Shown piece by piece: positions 12,035 to 25,900 of a DNA stretch of 64,000 bases. Where the stretch lies: NCBI RefSeq assembly GCF_021028975.2, contig NC_059439.1, positions 23,684,001 to 23,748,000 on the forward strand, in the 5' to 3' direction. This DNA comes from Sphaerodactylus townsendi (Eukaryota). The translations under genes were made by a program, and so were the position numbers. Position 1 is the first letter of the stretch. The number at the start of each line of letters is the position of its first letter. The notes under the pieces were generated by a model that saw only the letters and a program-made list of their open reading frames with translations, did no database searches and was not told where the DNA came from.

Positions 12035-13333
12035 AGATCAGGTCTCAGAAACATGCTGACTAAGTGTGGTGAATACTGTTCAAATAACAGGTTGGTCATT
12101 AACCCAATTAAGTCTAAAATTGTGTTTTTTTCCCAATGTTTTTAGTTCTTCAAGATGGTCTATCCAAGGTGCTGACATCGAGCAAGTTAAATTCTTCAAA
12201 TATCTTGGGATAATATTCCATCATAAGTCAACCTGGACTAGACACAGAGATAACACCCTTAAAGCCTGCAAAAATTTATCCGCTGCAGTACTGAAATTCT
12301 TTAATATCAATCGTGGTAGATTCATACCAGCAGCGTTGAAGGTGTTTAACGCTAAGGTGGCCCAGCACCTTTTGTATGGTATCCCCATCTGGATCCAAGC
12401 ATGGCACCAGAAATTGGAACACATTCAATCCAATTTCCTATATAAGATCTTTGGCACCCTGCATTGTGTCCCCTATGGTGCTCTTTGTTTGGACTCAGGG
12501 CAACATTTATTAGAAACAAGGGCATGGGTTGTAACTTTTAAGTTTTGGCTGCGTCTTTGTTTCTGCACTGACCCTAACAGTTTGTCCCAGTTAGAAATGA
12601 GAGAGCTTCAGCTTTCGAAATGGTGGCTACATATGGTGGCACCATTTCGAAATGGTGGCTACACAGCCCCCAGGGGATAGGGCGGTTTATAAATCGAAAC
12701 AATAAATAAAAATAAATAAATAAAAATATTGAAAAAAAGATCTTTTCCTTGGACTTCTCTTGGGAGGCCCTACAAATGCTCACCACTCCGGAGATTTACC
12801 ATCACTAAAAGTCTAGATTATTTGATCAAGAATATCAATTTCTCCTGAGCAAAGCGCAAAGCTCTTGCTCTCCAATATTCTTTGGGATTATCCCTCAGAA
12901 ATCTAGCCCTGCTATATACCTGGAACATCTTGTTAATGACAATTACAGATGGGTCATGACTAGAGCAAGGTGTAACTCTTTTCCGTCAGTACATCTTCAA
13001 GGTCGCTTCTCTAATATCCCACAAAATGAGCGTTGCTAAGCGTCGATCTCTACATCCTGATACAACTGATTCACTTACTCATATTCTGCTTCACTGTTCA
13101 AAATACAACAACATCAGAACTGATTTGAGAACTGTATTACCAACAGGATTTATGCTCCTTTCTGATAAGAAAAAGATGGCTAAGCTTCTAAATAACTCTA
13201 ATGCTGAAATCTCTGAAGCGGTTGCTACATTTTTACTCTGTGTACTGCAAGTTGTGCAATAATGATCTTTTTATTGTATTTGGAATTCATGACACACATC
13301 GGTTTTATGCCTAATAAAGGTTTTGGATTTGGA
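12035..13333 (+). mobile_element. 5'-truncated RTE-X-like LINE with (ggattt)n tail; short A-rich insertion nested at ~12665-12727
   Basis: ORFs with FKYLG, PAALKVFNAK, HILLHC; imperfect TSD tttggatacagtcca / tttggatatggtcca; empty sites at ~19975 and ~30895. Confidence 0.85.
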
Positions 13334-13802
13334 TTTGGATATGGTCCAGAGATTCTAGGCCATTGGCTGAACCATATTATGCAGTTCAAAACCCTTCCAA
13401 TTACAATGGCTTCAACAGAATTAGAATGGAGTAACTGTTGCTCAAATGCCACTGTTAGTATCACATCTAGGGAAATAAACTGTGAACTGTATTGCCACAA
13501 TTAAAATCTTCCTATGACTCTTTCAGTATTATGCAGAATGGATTTCCTTAGTAGCTTTCAAAGATGTGTTCTCAGTACACACAAATATCTGGTCATCAGA
13601 TGCTGGCAGATACCATTAAATTCCTGGAAATTGGTACTGATTTTTTCTCCCTTTGTTGCTCACTTGTAATATTTCAGGTCCATGGATGCTGCCTACGATA
13701 TCATCGGATGTCTCCTTAATTCAGACTGCTCTTCAGTCTAGTATCAACTTTATACTCCTTGCCCAGCAAGGGAATTGGCTGATTAGCAAGCAGAAACACA
13801 AA

Positions 13803-13953
13803 GGCCCCTTCCGCATATGTAGAATAATGCACTTTCAGTCCACTTTCAATGCACTTTGCAGCTGATTTTTACTGTGCGGAATAGCAAAATCTACTTGACA
13901 ACAATTTTGAACGTGGATTGAAAGTGTGTTATTCTGCATGTGCAGAAGAGGCC
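13803..13953. mobile_element. Older ~151-bp MITE shared by all three minus-strand OR units
   Basis: Same TIR family; copies at the equivalent position at 20692-20842 and 31372-31522. Confidence 0.8.
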
Positions 13954-14409
13954 ATCGTTTTAATTTTAAGAACACTGGGAAAGAAAATCCTGTCTGATTA
14001 CAGAGACACTTAACCACAAATGAAGCACGCTGACAATATTGGCCATGATTTATAGATATTTACCTTACTATGAAACATGCATAAACCCACCTCTAACATG
14101 GTGATGTGAAGTGACACCTGCATGTAGCTGCAATGAAAATGCTAGGTGATCAGTATTTTATGTTCCAAATTCAGCACCCAAGACCTTCAGACATAATACA
14201 TCATTTATAGAATTCTTCAGAATGTTAATGTAGGTATCAATTCCTCTTCTTAAAGACAATATAACAGTCCAAAATTGGGAATGCAGTGCCAGGGCCAGCA
14301 TATAAGAGAACAACATGATTTGGTCATACTTTTCTCACCAAGACAACCCTTGACTTTATCAGCACAGCTGGCAATGAAATGCTGGGTGATGTAATTCTTG
14401 GCCTTAGTT

Positions 14410-14472
14410 CAAAGGAATTAATGGTTAGAATTAATGAGGTAGTTAATGCATAACGCATGGCCCAGTGGGACA
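14410..14472. promoter_or_regulatory. Candidate OR promoter motif cluster (homeodomain TAAT sites plus degenerate O/E site)
   Basis: TAATGG, TAATGA, TAATGC followed by gcccagtggga; conserved at ~21322-21380 and 31985-32040. Confidence 0.4.
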
Positions 14473-14664
14473 AGTATGAGAACCAACATGGTGTACTGGT
14501 TAAGAGCAGCGGACTCTAATCTGTAGAACCAGGTTCAATTTCCTACTGACCAGTCACAGTTCCCTCAAGACTAAAAAAGGAATCCATAAAATGCAAATGT
14601 TAACAGAACAATAGTAACAATAATTGCTGTGGATATTGAAGGGGGGATATTTGTTAGTAGGTTT

Positions 14665-15212
14665 ATTATTTTTTATTTATTTATTGGGTTTATAGACTGC
14701 CCTCCCCCGGAGGGCTCAGGGCGGTGAACAGAATACAAATAGAGCACAATTTCAGAATAAAACCAAAGTGTCAATTTATGCAGGCTCTAATATTTTAAAA
14801 ATAAACCCTACCCCATTAAAATGCAGCAGTAAATTAATATTAATATTAAATTTAGCATTAGCACAAGAATGGCACCTGCTATCAATTACCTCTAACCCCA
14901 AAAGGGGGGGAGCGGCAGGATCCACTTGATGTTATAAGAGCAAAAAAGTGCAAGAAAAGTGCAAGAAAAGGGGGGGGCTATCAACGGCTAGTCTTCCCGA
15001 AGGCCTGGCGGAACAGCTCGGTCTTGCAGGCCCTGCGGAACTCAGTAAGATCCCACAGGGCCCGGACAGCTGGTGAAAGAGCGTTCCACCAGGCCGGGAC
15101 CAGAGCTGTAAAGGCTCTGGCCTGGGTGGAGGCCAGCCGTATCATTGAGGGGCCAGGGATCCCCAGTAGGTTGGCCTCTGCCGAGTGCAGAGACCGATTC
15201 GGGACATTATGG
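14665..15212 (-). mobile_element. L2 LINE 3' fragment
   Basis: ORF ...RAFTALVPAWWNAL..FRRACKTELFRQAF; A-rich tail; ggttt on both sides; empty site at ~21563. Confidence 0.85.
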
Positions 15213-15390
15213 GGTTTCCCTTCTGAGACCAAATAATATTATGGAATAGTGGATAATATATGAGATCTAATCAGCTTTTTGCTTGTTAAAAAGGGCAAAA
15301 TAATTTTCTTTTACTGCCCCAAAAGGATCATGGGTAAGGTTACTGTTAACTTGTTTCTGATGCCTATGGTGCATAACTCCATCCAACTCT

Positions 15391-15661
15391 AGGCTTTTCC
15401 AACAGAGGTTAAGGCTTGTTCCCTATATGACCATGCAAAAGACTTCTAAACCCAGAGATTTCACAAAGTCTGTGCATAGCCAAGACAAAGGAATGATGTT
15501 TTGACACTCCTGCTTGAGATGAGACTAGAGCTTTGCTCATCAGTCAACTAATGGGTGGAAACTTTCTTCACCTATCCTTCTCCACTGTTCTTTGGATATC
15601 ATTTCAAGGCTTCAAGCAGCATGCAGGTACAATAAAACAGATTGGCAAGCAGCATAATACT
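15391..15661 (+). pseudogene. Relic of V2R intron 2 within OR unit 1
   Basis: Matches 34927-35197 and is joined directly to sequence matching 32260-32413, so V2R exons 1-2 are deleted. Confidence 0.8.
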
Positions 15662-15664
15662 GAG

Positions 15665-15777
15665 GTGCTGGGTGGTTTCTGGGCTGTATGGCTGTGTCCT
15701 AGTGGCTAGCTGCCAGAACATGGCCATACAGCCCGGAAACCACACAGCACCCCAGTGATTCCGGCCGTGAAAACCTT
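15665..15777. mobile_element. Penelope-like element terminal relic in inverted (hairpin) arrangement, followed by a half MITE (to ~15863)
   Basis: gtggtttctgggctgtatggc...gccatacagcccggaaaccac palindrome plus gattccggccgtgaaa; copy at 22015-22128. Confidence 0.6.
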
Positions 15778-16882
15778 ACTTCTGTGCGGAATAGCAAAAT
15801 CTACTTTTAAACAATTGTGAAAGTGGATTGGAATTGGATTATTCTGCATGTGTGGAAGGGGCCAAAGATCTAAAGCATCCTCTCTACTCTTATGACCCAA
15901 TGTACAAATGATGGCTTGCCAAATGCCACCTACTGGTTATTGTCCTCTAAAGATAGCTTGCCTGAAATCAAACAGAGCCAATGCCTTCTCCTAGGCAGCG
16001 TCCACTTAGTAGGATGAGGTCCCTGAATAGGTAAAAGGAGATACAACAGATCCATTTGGTTTGTCAGGACTTTTCATTGACTAAAAGTTGCAGTTTATTT
16101 GGGGGTTTATTTTGTTGCTTTTGAGTTATGATGTTTCAATTACAATTTATAAGCTGCCTTGAACCATCAAGAAAAATGGAAAATAAATATTTAAATCCAC
16201 CAATTAATTTTTAAACACTCCTTATTTATCTTTGTGGACAGTGGGAAAGAACCACAGTAACGAGAACTGGGAGAAAGCGAGTCAAAAAAATATCTGGCTG
16301 GATCCAACCCAAAATATTATCAGATAAACAGAGAATCAGTATCTAATAATTCCAGGAAGATTTTCCTAGGTATAAATCCCATTTAATAGATATGAGGAGA
16401 ATTTGGCATATATCTGCTTAGGACTGCTCCCCGATAGTTGCGTTATATAGCAGTTTTGTTATGTTTCAGTTTTTAAAAAAAGACAGAACTAGATGGAACC
16501 AGGTGAGTTTCAAGGAGAATGGAGCGTTACTATCTTGGAGCTATGATGGAATTCGAAATGGATAGATGTCTACATTAATGAAACCCTTTTCTCATAGTAA
16601 AATGAAACAAGCTGATGGTATCTTAGAAAAAATGAGCGGGATATTTCAAAGTGAAATGTAACTGTTTTTTATTATTTTTGTTAACAAATACAAGACATAC
16701 GTCATGCAAGAACAATAGGGAAATTTAACTGCCCGCTGGACTCTAACTGTCAAGACTTTCTATGTGAAATGGAGGGCAAGGGCTGTCCAGCTGCAACTGT
16801 CTTATGGCAACCCCAGCAAAGGCAAGTCAGAAGCAGAACTGGTCTGAGAGATTCAACAGATACATGACTGATAGGAACATTG

Positions 16883-17356
16883 CGTGCAGATGGTGTAGAC
16901 CCTTCCCCGGCAAATAAACACAACAAGGACTTGGGAATAGATTGCTTACTGGCCCACCGCACCCCCAGGCCCTTCCTTAAGGGCACCAACCATGGAGAAG
17001 TCCGGCCGCCCGGCTCGGCTTCTCCCCACAGATGTTGCGATTCCGTTGCCAACCCGCTGGGCTGCGACAAAAGTACAAGTAGAACAATAAAACCATTTAC
17101 AACATGTCAACCATTAACAATTGTGACTAGGGAGGGTGGGTGGGTCATGTCGCTCTTGAGCCTCGGCTAGCAAAGAAGGCCGAGGCTCGGGGCATGGCGC
17201 TTATAAGTGCTCTGTTCTTCTCGCCTTTGCAGCTCGGGCCAATCGTTGCAGCTCCCTGCAACTGCGCCCTCAGAGCTGGCTGCCCCATCCCTTTTGCCTC
17301 GTGCTGCTCACCTCTGCCTCAATGGCTGCCACCGGTGACTCGATGGCTGCTATTTG
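16883..17356. mobile_element. GC-rich interspersed repeat (possibly DIRS-like, no clear TSD)
   Basis: Absent at paralogous site ~8768; junctions share only ttg; longer copies at 23227-23640 and 26298-26917. Confidence 0.55.
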
Positions 17357-18310
17357 TCTAAAACTCCAAATGTTGGATGCATACTTTCTTCTAGCCAGAC
17401 TACAGTTCAGGAAACAGCTAGAATGGGTGGGAATGGTTGAGGGGAAAACAACTCCAAAGCAATAAAGAACATCAAGATAAGGCATGCCACGGTCAGTTTT
17501 GCACAGCACAAATAAGGCATCCTGAGAGCACGAAAAAAAGCCTGTTGGGGAGGCACTCTGCACAGCCTTTTCCCCCAAGACATTCTCAGGACCTTATTTC
17601 AGCCCAAGCACTCTTATTCTGAAGATGCTGGAAGACTAGATCACACACACACACACACACACGACCCTACCTTAGGATTCTGGGAAAGGAAAGGAAAGGA
17701 CACAATTCATTTCATACTGTTTTAATTTTTCAAGCAAAAACTTCAGTTGTCTGTAGAACAGGGGTTAAAACACTTGAGATGTGGGAGGAAGGATCCCTAA
17801 CAGGGAGGGCAGTTGTTTTATTTGCCTTTCCTTTAATTTTCATGTATGGTAGGCATTTTCATCCTGGATATTTCCTTTCGTGACCCCTCCCCTTTTTTAA
17901 ATATGCAAAATCATCACAATTGGAAATATTAAAAGACAAACTATATAATTCTCTTAGGATTAAAAACAAAGATCAAAAGCCTGGGAATTAAAGTTACAGA
18001 GATCCTTTCCCATTAATCAAGTTTTTTTCTTTCTGATGGGTACACAAGTGAGGGTATTTTCAGTGGCAGCTTCACAATTGTGAAACAATCTCCCCAGAAA
18101 TGTTTGCTTTCAATCTTTGGAAGGCTGATGCCAGTTTTATTCAGGAAGGCATATTTTTCACCCAATCAGATGTAAATTGTGATTTCAATTCAGCACCTTC
18201 TATGGGTTTTATGTATGTTTATGTTCAGCATTCGATTCACATTGTAAAATAGTTCCATATGGTGGAAAAGTGGAGCATAAGAGCATCAGATAATGTTGGC
18301 CCTCCTTGTA

Positions 18311-19249
18311 TTAACTTTTTGTCGTAAGAAAGATTTTAGTACCCAGTTTCCACATTGCTCCTTTTACCTCTTTGTTCCTGAGACTATATATTATGGGGTT
18401 TAAAACAGGTGTGATGATGCAATAGGACAGAGACAACCACTTGTCAGTGTCCAAAGAGTAACTGGACTTAGGCCGGGAATACATGAAGAGGGCTGGGCCA
18501 TAAAGTAGGGTTACGACCATGAGGTGAGAGGAACAAGTGGAGAAGGTCTTGTGCCTGCTCTTGGCTGATTTCATTTTTAAGATAGCAGTGATGATATGGA
18601 GGTAAGACACCAGGATGAGAATGAAAGGAAGCATGAGCCCCAAAACAGCTACGCCAATGACTTGGACTTCATTCCAGTAGGTGTTTCCACAAACAAGCAC
18701 CATCAGTGGCTGAATCTCACAGAAGAAATGGTTAATGATGTTGGGCCCACAAAAAGGGAGGTTAAAAATGAAGGTGGTGTGTCCTGCTGCCACCAGGAAT
18801 CCAGTAAGCCAAGATGCCAGACACAGCAGGAGACAGGTTCTCTTGTCCATGATGACCATGTATCGCAGTGGGATGCAGATGGCCACGTAGCGGTCGTATG
18901 ACATAACACAAAGGAAATAACACTCTGTAGCTCCAAATAGTAAGAAGAAATAGAGCTGTGTGGCACACCCAACAAAAGAGATTTTGCCTTCTGCCAAGCG
19001 GAGGTTTGCAAGCATGTTGGGTATGGTGACTGAGATGAAACATAATTCCAAGAAAGACAAGTTCCTTAGGAAAAAATACATGGGAGTCTGTAGGGTGCTA
19101 TCCAAACTGATCGTGACAACAATGAGGATGTTACCAACTATTGTGAATAAGTACAGGCATAAAAACAACACAAACAGTAAAAACTTCATTTCCGGGAGTT
19201 TTGAGAAACCCAGTATAATGAATTCAGTCACACAGGTTTCATTTCCCAT
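18311..19249 (-). CDS. Olfactory receptor (OR10-like), intact, 312 aa
   Basis: All OR motifs present; near-identical paralog of 9851-10789. Confidence 0.97.
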   Translation of the reverse strand: MGNETCVTEFIILGFSKLPEMKFLLFVLFLCLYLFTIVGNILIVVTISLDSTLQTPMYFFLRNLSFLELCFISVTIPNMLANLRLAEGKISFVGCATQLYFFLLFGATECYFLCVMSYDRYVAICIPLRYMVIMDKRTCLLLCLASWLTGFLVAAGHTTFIFNLPFCGPNIINHFFCEIQPLMVLVCGNTYWNEVQVIGVAVLGLMLPFILILVSYLHIITAILKMKSAKSRHKTFSTCSSHLMVVTLLYGPALFMYSRPKSSYSLDTDKWLSLSYCIITPVLNPIIYSLRNKEVKGAMWKLGTKIFLTTKS

Positions 19250-20188
19250 GGCTTATCCTTTATCCTATTTTTCCTGAAATTTATCTATTATGATATAGTA
19301 AAATATGATGGCTAGAACACTAAACACACTATATATACTTATTGTCAGATACCAATGTGGAACATTTAAATCCAGATGTGGGTTTTATTCCTACCCATGG
19401 TTGAAGATGCTCATCATGCTTTTTTATTTTCACAGCAATCCTTGTGAGCCAGGATGTTCTGAGAATGTCACTTGCCTCAGATCACTGAAGGGATCATCCT
19501 TTGCTGTCCCCGATAATCACAAGAATTTGCTTGATGTCAAAATCACAGTGGATTTGAACATTCATTCCATGATGAAACACCTGAAGAATTTCAAGGAAAA
19601 CTGTTAACAGCTGATTCTTCTAGTACAGGGTGTACACATGCATGTTCCACACAGTTTTCGATTTCGTCTTACTAGATGCACACTTGAGACTTACTTCTGC
19701 AATGAAATATTTGAGACATTTTGAGGGAAGTCAACAATTGATTGCATCAATCCCTCTAGGACTACACATCTTCTAAAACACCACATCCTGATGCCAGGTC
19801 ATAAACGTAAACGACAGTGTTCCAACAGCAAAGGTGCTAGAAAGAAAATCCGATCCATTTTTGTCAATGATACAAGTTTCACACATTCCTGGAAAAGAGA
19901 ACAAATAACCTCTAAAGCTAGTGATAGAGTTTCATTTTGGTGCATGGAGATTTCGTTCTGTACAAGGTTCCTTAGGATACAGTCCAGAGATTCTAGGCCA
20001 TTGGCTGAGGAATATTATGCAGTTCAAAACCCTACCAATTACAGTGGCTTCAACAGAATCAGAATGGAGTAACTGTTGTTCAAATGCCACTGTTAGTATC
20101 ACATCTAGGGAAATAAACTGTGAACCGTATTACCACACTTAAAATCTTATGACTGTTTCAGTATCATGCAGAATGGATTTCCTTAGTA

Positions 20189-20428
20189 CATACATAAAAC
20201 CTTTATTAGGCATAAACCCAATATAACAACCAGCATTATCCAGAGAAATGTTCCATACATAAAACCATCACAGGTATTATTCCAAAGTTCCTACAAGGAA
20301 CCTAGCTACAGAATTTAAAATCACAGAAGAAAAGTTGTTTAGTAGGAATGCAACCTTCCCAGCAACAGAGTATTCCTTAAACTTAGCAGGAAGAAAAGTC
20401 AAAAGCCTAGTCCTAGCTTCTTTGTATC
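20189..20428 (-). mobile_element. Short 3' end of an RTE-X-like LINE, (tatg)n tail
   Basis: 14-bp TSD ggatttccttagta; empty sites at ~13540 and ~31100. Confidence 0.85.
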
Positions 20429-20691
20429 GGATTTCCTTAGTAACTTTCAAAAATGTGTTCTTAGTACAAACAAATATCTGGCCATCAGATGCTGGCAGAT
20501 ACCATTAAATTCCTGGAAATTGGTACTGGATTTTTTTCTCTTTGTTGCTCACTTGTAATATTTCAGGTCCATGGATGCTGCCTACGATATCATTGGATGT
20601 CTCCTTAATTCAGCCTGCTCTTCAGTCTAGTATCAACTTCACACTCCTTACCCAATGAGGGAATTGGCTGATTAGCAAGCAGAAACACAAT

Positions 20692-20842
20692 GACCCCTTC
20701 CGCATATGTAGAATAATGCACTTTCAGTGCACTTTCAATGCTCTTTGCAGCTGATTTTTACTGTGCGGAATAGCAAAATCCACTTGATAACAATTTTGAA
20801 CATGGATTGAAAGTGTGTTATTCTGCATGTGCAGAAGAGGCC
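20692..20842. mobile_element. MITE (shared copy, unit 2)
   Basis: Equivalent position and sequence to 13803-13953. Confidence 0.8.
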
Positions 20843-21740
20843 ATCGTTTTAATTTTAAGAACACTGGGAAAGAAAATCCTGTCTGATTACAGAGACATTT
20901 AACCACAAATGAAGCAAACTGACAATATTGGCCATGATTTATAGATATTTACCTTACTATGAAACATGCATAAACCCAGCCGTAACATTGTGATGTGAAG
21001 TGACAGTTGCATGTAGCTGCAATGAAAATGCTATGTGATCAGTAGATATTCCAAAGGACAGCTGTTTTATGTTCCAAATTCGGCACCTAAAACCTTCAGA
21101 CATAATACATCATTTATGGAATTCTTCAGAATGTTAATGTACGTATCAATTCCTCTACTTAAAGAAAATCTAACAGTCCAAAAATGGGAATGCAGCACCA
21201 GGGCCAGCATATAAGAGAACAACATGATTTGGTCATGCTTTTCCCACAAAGACAATCCTTGACTTTATAAGCACAGCTGGCAATGAAATGCTGGGTGATG
21301 TAATTCTGGGCCTTAGCTCAAAAAAATTAATGGTTAGAATTAATGAGGTAGTTAATACATAACGCATGGCCCAATGGGACAAGTATGAGAACCAACATGG
21401 TGTACTGGTTAAGAGCAGCGGACTCTAATCTGTAGAAGCAGGTTCAATTTCCTACTGACCATTCACAGTTCCCTCAAGACTAAAAAAGGAATCCATAACA
21501 TGCAAATGTTAATGGTTGCTGTGGATATTGCTGTGGATATTGAAGGGGGATATTTGTTAGTAGGTTTCCCTTCTGAGAATAAATAATATTATTGAATACT
21601 GGATAATATATGAGATCTAATCAGCTTTTTGCTTGTTAAAAAGGACAAAATAATTTTCTTTTACTGCTCCAAAAGGATCATAGGTAAGGTTACTGTTAAC
21701 TTGTTTCTGATGCCTATGGTGCATAACTCCATCCAACTCT

Positions 21741-22012
21741 AGGCTTTTCCAAAAGAGGTTATGGCTTGTTCCCTATATGACCATGCAAAAAGACTTCTAA
21801 ACCCAGAGATTTCACAAAGTCTGTGCATAGCCAATACAAAGGAATGATGTTTTGACACTCCTGCCTGAGATGAGACTAGAGCTTTGCTCATCAGTCGGCT
21901 AATGGGTGGACACTTTCTTCATCTATCCTTCTCAACTGCTCTTTGGATATCATTTCCAGGCTTCAAGCAGCATGCAGGTACAATAAAACAGATTGGCAAG
22001 CAACATAATACT
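21741..22012 (+). pseudogene. Relic of V2R intron 2 within OR unit 2
   Basis: Matches 34927-35197 with the same deletion junction as 15391. Confidence 0.8.
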
Positions 22013-22969
22013 TGGGTGCTGTGTGGTTTCTGGGCTGTATGGCTGTGTACTAGTGGCTAGCTGCCAGAACATGGCCATACAGCCCGGAAACCACACAGCA
22101 CCCCAGTGATTCCGGCCGTGAAAGCCTTACTTCTGTGCGGAATAGCAAAATCCACTTTTAAACAATTGTGAAAGTGGATTGAATGTGGATTATTCTGCAT
22201 GTGCGGAAGGGGCCAAAGATCTCAAGCACCCTCTCCACTCTTATGACCCAATGTGCAAATGATGGCTTGCCAAATGCCACCTACTGGTTATTCTCCTCTA
22301 AAGATAGCTTGCCTGAAATCAAACAGAACCAATGCGTCCACTTAGTAGAATGAGGTCCCTGAATAGGTGAAAGGAGATACAACAGATCCATTTGGTTTGT
22401 CAGGACTTTTCATTGATTAAAAGTTGCAGTTTATTTGGGGGTTTATTTTGTTGCTTTTGAGTTATGATGTTTCAATTACAATTTATAAGCTGCCTTGAAC
22501 CATCAAGAAAAATGGAAAATAAATATTTAAATCGGCCAATTAATTTTTTAAAACTCCTTATTTATCTCTGTGGACAGTGGGAAAGAACCACAGTAACGAG
22601 AACTGGGAGAAAGCAAGTCAAAAAAATATCTGGCTGGATCCAACCCAAAATATTATCAGATAAACAGAGAATCAGTATCTAATAATTCCAAAAAGACTTT
22701 CCTAGGTATAAATCCCAATTAATAGGTATGAGGAGGATTGTGCATATATCTGCTTAGGACTGCTCCCCGATAGTTGCATTATATAGCAGTTTTGTTATGT
22801 TTCAATTAAAAAAAAGACAGAACTAGATGGAACCAGGTAAGTTTCAAGGACGATCAAGTGTTACTAGCTTGGAGCTATGATGGAATTCGAAATGGATAGA
22901 TGTCTACATTAATTAAACATTTTTCTCATAGCAAAATGAAACAAGCTGATGGTATCTTAGAAAAATGAG

Positions 22970-25900
22970 CGGGATATTTCAAAGTGAAATGTAACTGTTT
23001 ATTATTATTTTTGTTAACAAATGCAATACATATGTCATGCAGGAACGATAGGGAAAGTTAACTGCCCACTGGACTCTAACTGTCAAGACTTTCTATTTGA
23101 AATGAATGGCAAGGGCTGTCCAGCTGCAATTGTCTTAGGGCAACCCCAGCAAAGGACTTTCAAGGCAAGGCAGAAGCAGAACTGGTTTGAGAGATTCAAC
23201 AGATACATGACTGAGAGGAACATTGCGTGCAGATGGTGTAGACCCTTCCCCGGCAAATAAACACAATAAGGACTTGGAAATAGATTGGGCCGCAGCCCAA
23301 TTTATTAATTAACAAACATAACACTTAAGAAGCTGGGAGACCAATGGATTGCAACATCAGCTGGTCAGCACTGTTGGTGACCCGACCATGCTGTCCCCAA
23401 TCCCTATTGGGGCATTGGCAGGAAGCAGGGAGCCACCGGGTTGGATACCCTTGGTGTCAACCCTTCCTGCTGGGGTGGCGGGCACCAACTAAGCCTACCG
23501 GCTTGCTTACCAGCCTGTCCCACCCCCAGGCCCTTCCTTAAGGGCACCAACCATGGAGAAGACCGGCCGCCTGGCTCAGCTTCTCCCCACAGATGTTGCG
23601 ATTCCGTTGCCAACCCGCCGGGCTGCGACAAAAGTACGTGGGATATTTCAATGTGAAATGTAACTGTTTATTATTATTTTTGTTAACAAATGCAAGACAT
23701 ATATCATGCAAGAACAATAGGGAAAGTTAACTGCCTGCTAGACTCTAACCGTCAAGACTTTCTATGTGAAATGGATGGCAAGGGCTGTCCAGCTTCAACT
23801 GAAGAACCCCAGCAAAGGACTTTCAAGGCAAGTCAGAAGCAGAACTGGTTTGATAGATTCAACAGATACATGACTGATAGGAACATTGCGTGCAGATGGT
23901 GTAGACCCTTCCCCGCAAATAAACACAATAAGGACTTGGAAATAGATTGGGAGAGCTGGGACACTGGGCTCTCTGAAGCCGTCGACGGTATCGCTCCAAA
24001 GCGTCCTCTCCGTACCCGCATCAACCCGGCTCCTTGGTACCCCGAGGAGCTGAGGAAGATGAAAAGGGAACTGAGACGGCTTGAGCGAGGGTGGCGGCGG
24101 GTACTTGACGAGGGATCAAGACACTCATATCGATCGTTTATGAAGTCCTATGAGAGTGCTGTGAAGGAGACAAAGCAGGCATATTTTGCTTCCGCTATTG
24201 AATCTGCTAGTTCGCGCCCAGCACAATTGTTTCGTGTAATTCGGACGTTGATCGCACCTCTTCGAGTAGGTCCAAAAGAGACTGATTTGGCATTAGGGCT
24301 GTGAGGCTTTTGCTAACTACTTCACAATAACAAAGTCCTGACCCTCCGCCAATCCTCCCTGCCACTATTGATAACGGTATGTGAACTAGAGGCCCCCGTG
24401 GGCCATCTTTGGAAGTCCCTTTCTTGGACCACTTCCAGCTTACTTGACCCAACGAATAAGTTGACAGGGATCCCTGGATGCTGTAACGATCTACCACTTG
24501 TCCTTTGACCCGTGCTCCCTTCCTGGTTAGTGTAAGCCGGCAGGGAGTAGCTTCGAAGCGACCTGTTGGATATAGTCAACTGCTCCCCTTTGAGCAAGGA
24601 GTTTTCCCAATTGGTCGGCTTAAAGAGGCAGTGGTCCGCTCCGGCTTCCTAAAAGACGCGGCAGCATCTTAGATCCTGGAGATCCGGCCAATTACCACCA
24701 GTTTCCAATCTACCATTCTTGGGCAAGGTAATTGAGCTTGGAGCAGTGGCGGCTCAGCTCCAGCGATTCCTGAATGACACAAAACATACTGGATCCCTTC
24801 CAGTCTGAAGCTTCCACGCTGGTCATGGGACCGAGGAGCGGTGCTGTGGTCACTGTTGTGGATGACCTCCGGACTACACTTGGACAGGGCGGTTCAAGCG
24901 CTGTTGGTGTTGTTAGATCTCACCGCAGCATTCGATATGGTAGACCACGACCTTTTGGTCCACCCGCTTACCGCTGGTATCGGGGTTCGAGATTCAGCTC
25001 TTAAATTGGCTGGATCTACGTTCCTCTGAGATCAGGGGACAGCAAGTGGCATCGAGTGAGATCTCCAAGCCGTCGCTTCCCCCATTATGTGTGGGGTACG
25101 CGCAAGGAGCCGCATACTCTCCCCGATGCTTTTTAATATCTACATACCCCCCCCCTGGCGCAGTCCTAGTTCAGAGTTTTGGGTCATGCGGTGTCATCAA
25201 TGCAGCTGGATGACACCCAGCTCTTTGTTCACAATGGAGGGGGCAACCCGACCTCGGCCCCTGATGCTCTCCAGCATTGTCTCTTGATGCTGTGGCTGGT
25301 TGGTTGAGTGCAAGTTGGCTGGAAGTTGAATCCCCACTAAGACGGAGGTCCTGTGGCTGGAGCCGGGGGGAGTGTCTGAGTGGTCTTTGGCCTGCCTACC
25401 CTTCTTGGCGCAGACGTTAAAATTAACTTTGTTCACCAAAGCAGCCTCTGGGTGACTCTGGATACATCTCTATCATTGGTGGTACAGGTCACCCAGACAA
25501 GTCTGAGGTAGCTTTTTTACCATCTGTGGCAGGCCACGGCAACTGGCTCCCGATATCTCTCCCGTTCTGATCCTGGCCACTGTGATCCACATTGCCACGG
25601 TCAACCTCTAGATTAGACTACTGCAACTCGCTCTACGCGGGCTTACCTTTGGCCATGATCCGGAAACTGAAACTTCGTACAGAATGCGGCAGCCAGACTC
25701 CTTTCCGGAGCAACAGCAAGGGACTGGATTACCTCTGGTCCCTATACCACCAACTGCGCACTGGCTGCCGATTGAGTACCGGGTCATGTTTAAAGTTTTG
25801 GTTTTGACCTTTAAAGCCATTCGCGGCCTTGGCCCTGCATATCTAAGGGACCGTCTCTCCCTATATCGCCCTTCTAGGCCCCTCCGTTCATCGGAGGCGG

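Noticed and set aside
13315-13345. Idea that LINE tails are copied from the target site
   Set aside because: The same (ggattt)n tail occurs at 39795 on a different target, so the tail is element-encoded.
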